Source: Candidatus Methanoperedens sp.
GTDB taxonomy: Archaea > Halobacteriota > Methanosarcinia > Methanosarcinales > Methanoperedenaceae
Assembly: GCA_027460535.1 (NCBI GenBank)
Contig: JAPZAR010000010.1
Span: 60,001-92,000, forward strand
DNA length: 32,000 nucleotides
Direction of reading: 5' to 3'
Part shown: one piece after another, positions 25,721 to 32,000 of the stretch
Numbering within the stretch: the stretch's first letter is position 1
Layout: each line of letters opens with the position of its first letter
Notes under the pieces: model-generated
Database searches by the model: none
What the model saw: only the letters and a program-made list of their open reading frames with translations
What the model was told of the DNA's origin: nothing
Program-made: the position numbers and the translations under genes

Positions 25721-26080
25721 ATGATGCCGGAAAAAATCGACCCTGAGATCGTAAGGCTTTTCCCCTCTGAAAAAAGCGGTGCAGTCGAGCGAGGATTGTG
25801 GAGGATCCCGCTCTATTTTGACAAAAGCTTCGGGAGGAACCGCGGATGCATCCGCTTGCGCCGATACATAGTCCACATGGCAGAGACGGGCGAGATAAAA
25901 GAAGCGATGATGGATAAGACCAATGAGATTTACGAGGAATTCCTGAAACTATTTAAAAAATACCCTGCCGATAAGGAAACAAACGAGCGACGCAAGGAAC
26001 AGCTGGATAAATATATGATGGAATTCGTGGATGAGGTAACAGAACTGATAGCCGAGGGAGATTCAACCCGTGTTCATTGA
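25721..26080 (+). CDS. hypothetical protein (119 aa)
   Basis: ATG 25721. The translation is charged and looks helical. No motif was recognised. Confidence 0.4.
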   Translation: MMPEKIDPEIVRLFPSEKSGAVERGLWRIPLYFDKSFGRNRGCIRLRRYIVHMAETGEIKEAMMDKTNEIYEEFLKLFKKYPADKETNERRKEQLDKYMMEFVDEVTELIAEGDSTRVH

Positions 26081-26470
26081 TTATCTCCCTTCGAAGAACA
26101 GAACCTCATCGGCATCTACCACCGTGGCTTCACCCAGCTCACAGCATTCGGAGCGGCGCACCCTTGCAGTTCCTTTCATCTCCAGCTGGAGGCGCGCCAT
26201 CTGCACCTCGGCCTCCTCATAGAACTCCTCGGTTTTCTGGATCATCCTGTGCATTGAAACCTGTTTTTCGCGTATCTTTGCGATCACGCCGGCCGTTCCC
26301 GGCCTCACGTCCTCCTGGCTTGTCGATGTCAGGAAGATCACATCCCCTGCCTCCGTCTCGATCGCGGAAAGAAAATTATGGGGACTCCTGATCTCGATAG
26401 TTTTTACCTTATTATGTTCAAGCTCCCTTAAGACATAGGGGGATATTCCGCTCAGAACGATATATTTCAT
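26081..26470 (-). CDS. hypothetical protein (129 aa) downstream of PAC2 paralog
   Basis: ATG 26470 (MKYIVLSGISPYVL) lies 4 nt after the PAC2 stop. The track start at 26557 would overlap PAC2. Confidence 0.5.
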   Translation of the reverse strand: MKYIVLSGISPYVLRELEHNKVKTIEIRSPHNFLSAIETEAGDVIFLTSTSQEDVRPGTAGVIAKIREKQVSMHRMIQKTEEFYEEAEVQMARLQLEMKGTARVRRSECCELGEATVVDADEVLFFEGR

Positions 26471-26474
26471 GGCA

Positions 26475-27221
26475 TCACCCGTACATAGGGAACTCTTTCT
26501 TGGGGAGCGAAGGCGTTTCAGAGGTCTTGACCTGTTCAGCGAGTTTGGAAAGTTCAAGCTCTATTTGTTCTGCCTGGCTCAACAACTTTTCAGTATCGAT
26601 AGATAAATCGAAAATTTTGTTAATAACTTTCAGGACCTCCACCGCCGCCCTTGGATCCGGGTTTGGTCCCGGGGTCTCTCCCAGCAGGCTCACGGCAGGA
26701 AGGTTTCGCAGGAAACATTCCGTCATTATGCTGCCAGAAATGCCTGAAATGGTGCCCACCTGGAATATTTCGGTCTTGTCCTTGATCTTTTCAAGCATCT
26801 CGGCGCTTGTTGCCCCGCCGAAAACCCGTCTCTCACCTGTCGTGGTGGCTATCCCGGCAATCGAAAGAATGCTTCTTGCCTTAATTGATTGCATCCAGTC
26901 GATAAGCGCTTTACTGATGTCATATGAAGCTGTGGGGTGTATGGGAATATCGGAGATCAGGACAACGATATTATTTTTTGCTGACTCGTATATCCGCACA
27001 GGCAGTGTGATGATCCCATTAAAAAGCACTGCAAGAGGCGGGAAGTACCTGGAATCGACAGAGCCAACGTATTTCATCTCAAGCTCTTCGATAATGTGCT
27101 GGCAGGTTATGTTCCCCACGAGACCGATTCCCGGAAAACCTGCAATGACCAATGGATTCTTTGATTTCAGAGGCTCATTTATGATTTTAACGAATTGCTG
27201 TTCTGCCGGGTCCAATGCCAT
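26475..27221 (-). CDS. PAC2 family protein (second paralog)
   Basis: VIAGFPGIGLVGNITCQHIIEEL signature, with the same family layout as 13561-14322. Confidence 0.75.
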   Translation of the reverse strand: MALDPAEQQFVKIINEPLKSKNPLVIAGFPGIGLVGNITCQHIIEELEMKYVGSVDSRYFPPLAVLFNGIITLPVRIYESAKNNIVVLISDIPIHPTASYDISKALIDWMQSIKARSILSIAGIATTTGERRVFGGATSAEMLEKIKDKTEIFQVGTISGISGSIMTECFLRNLPAVSLLGETPGPNPDPRAAVEVLKVINKIFDLSIDTEKLLSQAEQIELELSKLAEQVKTSETPSLPKKEFPMYG

Positions 27222-27298
27222 TATTCCACCTGGTTACTAATTAGGGTTGGGATTAATAAAAGCATCGATGTGAACTTGACTTTTATAATTATTCTCCT

Positions 27299-28093
27299 TT
27301 ATTCCACGATTATTCCCGCATATCCTACGACAGCGGATGCATCCCCTGTTGTATCGCCGCTGGTACTGTATTTTAGCAACGTGGCTTTCTTCGCCCCCAG
27401 GTTCTTTGTAGCAGCAAGCATTGCTGCGATCGGACCATATCCGCAAACAGTGGCATTGCGTTCGAACAGTCTTCCGTAAAAACCCGGTATGTCCAGGTTC
27501 AGAATGGATTCGATAAAATATCTGTCGTTTTCCCGGGCTATTTTATCGGGTCTATAGTGCGTGAAGTCGCTTGACGCAATTATCACGACTTTCCCGGCGA
27601 CGTTGCGTATCGCTTCAGCAAGTTCCATGCCTACATCAAGCGCAGTCTCCTCATCCTGCATTCCCATGCAGATGGGGACTATCTTGAAATCGGAGAACCG
27701 GTATTGAAGGAAAGGTAGCTGTACTTCGATCGAATGCTCATGCCTGTGAGCAGTCTCATCGATGTCTATTATCTTTTTAGGAAGGGCCTTGATGAAATCT
27801 GCATCGGATTTTACTTCACCCAGGGGAGTGCTCCAGGTTTCACCCGAAACCGCTACAGGTGAGCCGTATCCTGTATGGTTTGGCCCCAGAAGGACAAAAG
27901 TATCGGCTTTCGGAAGCGCAGAATACACGTAGGCAGCCGTATTTCCCGAGTATATGTAACCCGCATGGGGTACAACTGCCCCGAGAACCGCTCTTTCAAG
28001 AGATGGTAATCCGGCAAAGCATCTGCTGAGGTTCCCATTCAAGTCGTTTTTACTGCCCGGATAGAACTGCCCGGAAACAGCCGGATTTCTCAT
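27299..28093 (-). CDS. MEMO1 family protein (AmmeMemoRadiSam system protein B-like)
   Basis: MRNPAVSGQFYPG...GAVVPHAGYIYSG...SSDFTHY are typical Memo motifs. Confidence 0.85.
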   Translation of the reverse strand: MRNPAVSGQFYPGSKNDLNGNLSRCFAGLPSLERAVLGAVVPHAGYIYSGNTAAYVYSALPKADTFVLLGPNHTGYGSPVAVSGETWSTPLGEVKSDADFIKALPKKIIDIDETAHRHEHSIEVQLPFLQYRFSDFKIVPICMGMQDEETALDVGMELAEAIRNVAGKVVIIASSDFTHYRPDKIARENDRYFIESILNLDIPGFYGRLFERNATVCGYGPIAAMLAATKNLGAKKATLLKYSTSGDTTGDASAVVGYAGIIVE

Positions 28094-28099
28094 ACTTTT

Positions 28100-28735
28100 T
28101 TATAATTCAGCCTCGAAATCTGCCACCGTGTAATTCATCGTATCTCCTCTCTCTTCCAGCGTCTTTTTTGCAAGCAGCCAGTAGATCAGGGCCAGGGCTT
28201 TCCTTCCTTTATTGTTGGTCGGTATGACAAGTTCCACGTTGGATGTGGAGTTATTGGTGTCGCAAAGGGCTATGACCGGTATACCCACATTGACCGCTTC
28301 ATTGACAGCCTGCATATCCCCGCTCGGGTCTGTGACTATGAGAATATCTGGCTCTATGTATATATGTAGTTTCGGGTTTGTCAAACTTCCAGGAATAAAC
28401 CTTCCTGTGATGACTTTTGTGCCAACCGCCTTCGCGAACATTTCCGACGGATAGTGGCCATATTGCCTGGCCGACACGATCAGTATTCTTTGCGGGTCGT
28501 ATTTTGCAAGCATTTTTGCAGCAAGCCTTATTCTCTGGTCTGTTGCCTGTATATCAAGCACATATAAACCATCCGTCCTCACGCGATACACAAAACGCAT
28601 CATTTCTTTTGTCTTCTGCTGCGTGCCGATATGAATTCCTGCGGTGAGATACTCATCCTGGGGAATTATTGACTCATAACCCGTATCCTGTTTAACATCC
28701 TGTTTAAAATCGATAACGTCTTCCATTCTTTCCAC
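28100..28735 (-). CDS. rps2: 30S ribosomal protein S2 (uS2)
   Basis: [33 protein letters not shown]...ALCDTN. Confidence 0.9.
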   Translation of the reverse strand: MERMEDVIDFKQDVKQDTGYESIIPQDEYLTAGIHIGTQQKTKEMMRFVYRVRTDGLYVLDIQATDQRIRLAAKMLAKYDPQRILIVSARQYGHYPSEMFAKAVGTKVITGRFIPGSLTNPKLHIYIEPDILIVTDPSGDMQAVNEAVNVGIPVIALCDTNNSTSNVELVIPTNNKGRKALALIYWLLAKKTLEERGDTMNYTVADFEAEL

Positions 28736-28737
28736 CT

Positions 28738-28944
28738 TTAATCTGATGATTTCTGTTTCTTCTCTTCTTTCATTGTTCTTTTAACCGTAATCGGGATCAC
28801 TCCCTTCTCCAGTTCCAGCATAGCAATATCTATAGGCTCTTTCCTGTCCACATCTATCAATACAGGAGCGCCCATGGAGATCTGAAGCGCCCGAGCGCCT
28901 ATAATCCTGGCAAGCTCATAGCGTGTATACTTAACCTTAATCAC
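28738..28944 (-). CDS. rpoK: DNA-directed RNA polymerase subunit K (Rpo6)
   Basis: [25 protein letters not shown]. Confidence 0.85.
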   Translation of the reverse strand: MIKVKYTRYELARIIGARALQISMGAPVLIDVDRKEPIDIAMLELEKGVIPITVKRTMKEEKKQKSSD

Positions 28945-29066
28945 CTAATCACCTCAAAACAAATCTGCTAAAGTTCAGTAAATGCAAGTTTATACTCATC
29001 CAATTTTTTTCTCAGAGTCCCTCTGAGAGTGGTTCATTGTTCTCTTCCATGCCATGTCCTGAGAAA

Positions 29067-29141
29067 TGGGGTTGCTGAGATTTGAACTCAGGTCACGGCG
29101 TCCCGAACGCCATAGGATGGACCAGGCTACCCTACAACCCC
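29067..29141 (-). tRNA. tRNA-Pro (anticodon CGG)
   Basis: The reverse complement is GGGGTTGTAGGGTAGCCTGGTCCATCCTATGGCGTTCGGGACGCCGTGACCTGAGTTCAAATCTCAGCAACCCCA. Acceptor GGGGTTG/CAACCCC, anticodon stem TGGCG/CGCCG with loop TTCGGGA, T arm CTGAG-TTCAAAT-CTCAG. The 13:22 pair is non-canonical. Confidence 0.8.
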
Positions 29142-29144
29142 TCC

Positions 29145-29330
29145 TCACTGGTACGGTGCAAGCAGGTCCACCAGCTCAACGTGAGTCAGCAGCATCCGCC
29201 TGCAGCAGTAGCGTTCGATTCCAAGGTCATCGAGTACTTTGCCTGGTTCTTCGGTCTGGATTCGCTTCTTGTACTCATCCCATACGCTTGATATGACTTT
29301 CCCGCATGTAAAGCATCGTACCGGTATCAT
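29145..29330 (-). CDS. rpoN: DNA-directed RNA polymerase subunit N (Rpo10)
   Basis: [13 protein letters not shown]...[16 protein letters not shown]. Confidence 0.9.
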   Translation of the reverse strand: MIPVRCFTCGKVISSVWDEYKKRIQTEEPGKVLDDLGIERYCCRRMLLTHVELVDLLAPYQ

Positions 29331-29333
29331 GTC

Positions 29334-29732
29334 TCACCTGTATGATTTCTGTCTTCTCTTTCTGGCACCTCGACCGCCGAATTTCTTGGGCAGTTTATAG
29401 CGTGTATCGTTCACGAGCAAACTTCTATCATACTGAGCCAATGCATCTCTGAGCGCCGTATCATTGGTCCAGTCTACAAGACCTCTTGCGATGGCCGTGC
29501 GCACAGCGCCAGCCTGCCCGAAGATTCCGCCTCCGTGTACATTGACATCGATATCCACAGTCGGCATAACGCTCCCTGCAAATTCAAGAGGCTCTGACAT
29601 CTTCAGCCTGACAAGTTCAGGCTCCACGATCTCAAGCGGCTTATTATTGATTCTTATCCGCCCTTTGCCTTCCCGCAGGGTTGCACGGGCTATTGCGGTT
29701 TTCCTTTTTCCTGATGAGTTGACGATTTTCAT
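29334..29732 (-). CDS. rps9: 30S ribosomal protein S9 (uS9)
   Basis: [19 protein letters not shown] and C-terminal [14 protein letters not shown]. Confidence 0.9.
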   Translation of the reverse strand: MKIVNSSGKRKTAIARATLREGKGRIRINNKPLEIVEPELVRLKMSEPLEFAGSVMPTVDIDVNVHGGGIFGQAGAVRTAIARGLVDWTNDTALRDALAQYDRSLLVNDTRYKLPKKFGGRGARKRRQKSYR

Positions 29733-29741
29733 GTATAGCTC

Positions 29742-30161
29742 CTAAAATTTTGACCCTAATCTTCTGCTCAGGTCGCCAAGTACAGTGTAATTACTTGTGC
29801 TGAGGCGTGTTATGCTTGCATTTTCTATAGTGGTCGCCTGTTCTTTGGCGAGTTCTGGAGGTACTCCGATATAAACCCTCAGCCGGTTATATGCATCCCT
29901 TCCGGTCATTTTCGTGTGGGGGATCATCCCGCGTATTGTTCTTGCCACTATCTGTTCAGGTCTTCGCGGGAAACGCGGCCCGAATTCACGTGATCCGCGT
30001 GCGGCGTATTTTTTGTACCGCTCGAATGTAGTGTCCTTAATGCCTGAAATTATCGCTTTCTCCGCATTGATGATATTGATCTCTTCGCCGTTTAGCAATC
30101 GCTTGGCAACATTACTTGCCATTCTTCCCAGAATAAGATTTTTTGCGTCAATTACTACCAT
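29742..30161 (-). CDS. rpl13: 50S ribosomal protein L13 (uL13)
   Basis: VIDAKNLILGRMASNVAKRLLNGEEINIINAEKAIISG. Confidence 0.9.
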   Translation of the reverse strand: MVVIDAKNLILGRMASNVAKRLLNGEEINIINAEKAIISGIKDTTFERYKKYAARGSREFGPRFPRRPEQIVARTIRGMIPHTKMTGRDAYNRLRVYIGVPPELAKEQATTIENASITRLSTSNYTVLGDLSRRLGSKF

Positions 30162-30165
30162 ATTT

Positions 30166-30528
30166 TCACCCCATTATCTTTACTCTGGAACCTTCCGGGT
30201 TCTTTGCCATAAGCTCTTCGATGGTAAGACAGGACCCGCCTGCAGCCGTTATCTTGTTCCTTGCGCCCCCGCTGAAACCCAACGCTGCAACTGTTATCTG
30301 GTGATCCAGTTCTCCCGCTCCCAGGACTTTTCCGGGGACAAGTATGAGATCCTTTTCTTTCGTATACCTGTTGATCCTGCTGAGGTTGACTGCTCTCTGA
30401 TTGCGTGTCGGGCCTTCAAGCCGCACAGCAATGTCGCGCCAGAGAGGTACTTCATTATCCCTGGACTGCTTTTTCAGGCCTGATATCAGGCCTAATAGTT
30501 GTATGTTCGTCTTGTAATTATTTTTCAT
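30166..30528 (-). CDS. rpl18e: 50S ribosomal protein L18e (eL18)
   Basis: Its position upstream of L13/S9 is conserved, and LWRDIAVRLEGPTRNQRAVNLSRINRYTKE is typical of L18e. Confidence 0.85.
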   Translation of the reverse strand: MKNNYKTNIQLLGLISGLKKQSRDNEVPLWRDIAVRLEGPTRNQRAVNLSRINRYTKEKDLILVPGKVLGAGELDHQITVAALGFSGGARNKITAAGGSCLTIEELMAKNPEGSRVKIMG

Positions 30529-30810
30529 TCTTTTCCTCCGTAAGACCTTTCCGGGTCCGACTCACGCAAACCGATATTTCGGTATTGGGGATATGCTAAC
30601 ATACCCTTGTTCAATTGAACCTTTTTTAGAGGTTTTGATGCGTTCGGATCGTTTCGATCCATACGCCACAGGCGGATGCCTGCTACGGTTTGTTTAGAAT
30701 CATAAAAAGATGATTCAACCGCCTCCAGATAACTTTCATATTACATAAATGTAACGTACATAGAACAGGGTAAGGTAACTTCTTTATACATCAAGCTCAC
30801 TTTAAAAATT

Positions 30811-31755
30811 ATGCCTTTAAAACATGCCGGAAGCATGATCCGTGCGCTTGAGACTGACCCGGGCACAAAAGCATCCATGTTCAAATCCTTCGCGCGAAGG
30901 CTGGAACTCTTCGGAAATGATATTTATTTCTTCAACGAACCTTTCACCCCGGTCTCGCTGACCGGCACCCATTGCTCTCTTACATGCAGGCATTGCAACT
31001 CGTATTACCTGCGCCACATGCTGGATGGCTCAAATGGAAAATTGCAATTTCAGGGATCTCTGCTGGCAGGTAAGGGCGCAAAAGGGATCCTTTTAAGCGG
31101 AGGGAGTGAAGCGGATGGAAGTGTCCCAGCATACCTGTTCGCTGATACCGTCCGGAAACTCAAAAAGAGCACAAAACTCAAGATCAGCGCGCATACCGGC
31201 ATCGTGAACCGTGAGCAAGCAGGGGCGCTTTCCGGATTCCTCGACATGGCTCTCGTGGACGTTCTGGGCGACGACGAGACCATTCACGATATCCTTGGCC
31301 TCGATGCCAATGTTATGGATTACGAGAGAACCCTAAAAGAGCTTTCTTCTGCCGGTATCCCCCTTGCCCCTCACATCATTGTGGGCCTGCATAACGGCCA
31401 GCTGAAAGGGGAGTTCAAAGCCCTTGAAATGGCGAAAGAATTCGATCCTGAGGTGGTAGTGATCGTGATATTTATTCCCACAAAAGGAACAGACATGGAG
31501 GGAACTGCGCCTCCGGCACTTGAGGACGTGGTCAAAGTGATCGCGAAGGCGCGGGAGATGTTCGATATCCCGCTTTCATTGAGCTGCGTGCGCCCCGGAG
31601 GCAGGTACCGCTCCGCACTTGACAAGTACGCCATCCTGAGCGGGATTGACAGGATAGCAGTGCCTTCGAGGAGCGCCTTCACAATAAGCAAGGAACTTGG
31701 ATTGAATATCGTTGAAATCCCGAAAATGTGCTGTTCCTATAGCGTTTTACGATGA
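30811..31755 (+). CDS. radical SAM protein (subfamily unresolved)
   Basis: CX3CX2C cluster motif CSLTCRHC follows VSLTGTH. The ~314-aa size fits a small TIM-barrel radical SAM enzyme. Confidence 0.75.
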   Translation: MPLKHAGSMIRALETDPGTKASMFKSFARRLELFGNDIYFFNEPFTPVSLTGTHCSLTCRHCNSYYLRHMLDGSNGKLQFQGSLLAGKGAKGILLSGGSEADGSVPAYLFADTVRKLKKSTKLKISAHTGIVNREQAGALSGFLDMALVDVLGDDETIHDILGLDANVMDYERTLKELSSAGIPLAPHIIVGLHNGQLKGEFKALEMAKEFDPEVVVIVIFIPTKGTDMEGTAPPALEDVVKVIAKAREMFDIPLSLSCVRPGGRYRSALDKYAILSGIDRIAVPSRSAFTISKELGLNIVEIPKMCCSYSVLR

Positions 31756-32000
31756 AAAAGATAGCGAGCCGCGAGGATATAGATATTTTTGCACCCCATA
31801 ATTCAAGGTTTTCCTTCCTGAAAAGCCCGTACGCAGCCCATAAGACATTCAGTGCCGTGGATATTTATTACGGTGATTTCGGCAGCGAAGCCCTTTCCCC
31901 AGTTGATGGCAAAATTATTGACATCCGCAGTTTCGATACGCCCACGCCTTTTAAGAACCGGGATTCCAAAGAATATGTCATGGCCCTGGAACAGGGAGGA
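31752..32000 (+). CDS. 5' part of an ORF translationally coupled to the radical SAM gene (partial)
   Basis: The ATG at 31752 overlaps the upstream TGA (ATGA). The frame is open to the window end: MKKIASREDIDIFAPHNSRFSFLKSPYAAHKTFSAVDIYYGDFGSEALSPVDGKIIDIRSF... It is absent from the ORF track because no stop lies in the window. Confidence 0.5.
   Translation, partial: MKKIASREDIDIFAPHNSRFSFLKSPYAAHKTFSAVDIYYGDFGSEALSPVDGKIIDIRSFDTPTPFKNRDSKEYVMALEQGG

Noticed and set aside
25451-25876. 141-aa minus-strand ORF as the real gene in the 25.4-25.9 kb region.
   Set aside because: Its translation looks less protein-like than the two plus-strand ORFs. The consensus TATA box at about 25450 is oriented for the plus strand. 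The question is unresolved without comparative data.
26077-26391. Pro/Arg/Ser-rich 104-aa plus-strand ORF.
   Set aside because: It is antisense to the 129-aa gene that is coupled to PAC2. Its composition is typical of a shadow frame.
29066-29296. Two plus-strand ORFs (29066-29296 and 29082-29291).
   Set aside because: They overlap tRNA-Pro and the clearly recognisable rpoN gene on the minus strand.
30630-30690. Possible small ncRNA or C/D-box sRNA: TGATGC followed by two adjacent hairpins (GGATCG-TTT-CGATCC at 30646-30660; CAGGC-GGAT-GCCTG at 30669-30682).
   Set aside because: The C-box match is imperfect, and no D box (CTGA) or terminal stem was found. Short hairpins alone are not sufficient, so it is left as unexplained intergenic structure.
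27299-31755. Memo plus the radical SAM gene as a complete AmmeMemoRadiSam system.
   Set aside because: The genes are 2.7 kb apart on opposite strands with a ribosomal operon between them. No AMMECR1 gene lies in the window, and the radical SAM cluster motif context differs from what I recall for that subfamily.

Overview
Archaeal chromosomal window. Gene content and order look euryarchaeal and Methanosarcinales-like; an ANME-2/Methanoperedens-type lineage is an inference from the multiheme cytochromes. No rRNA, CRISPR array, transposase or integrase was seen. The left third (1-9.7 kb) looks accessory. It holds a tightly packed co-directional operon with two multiheme c-type cytochromes (4 and 7 CxxCH), a Sec11/SipW-type signal peptidase I between them, a CARDB/Ig-like type-I membrane protein, a small anchored protein and a ~7-TM protein. 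A ~1,100-aa secreted FN3 / clan-GH-A-like / CarboxypepD_reg protein follows. Divergent tRNA-Ile(GAU) and tRNA-Ala(GGC) bound this block. The rest is mostly housekeeping: DacZ-like diadenylate cyclase, DUF1015, MscL, the L44e-S27e-aIF2alpha-Nop10-PAC2 operon (S27e and Nop10 are missing from the ORF track), GINS-like/PriS, Ogg, RPA, RadA, phosphoglycolate phosphatase, an Rsm22-like methyltransferase, a second PAC2, Memo, and an L18e-L13-S9-RpoN-tRNA-Pro-RpoK-S2 operon followed by a radical SAM gene. A sharply low-GC ~1.8 kb restriction-modification island (22107-23888) sits directly after the pgp stop codon. The main candidate for something new is the cytochrome operon with its own signal peptidase. 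Three of its exported proteins share a signal-peptide end motif resembling the SipW-cognate motif of TasA/camelysin. This suggests dedicated processing and possibly polymerisation of extracellular cytochromes.
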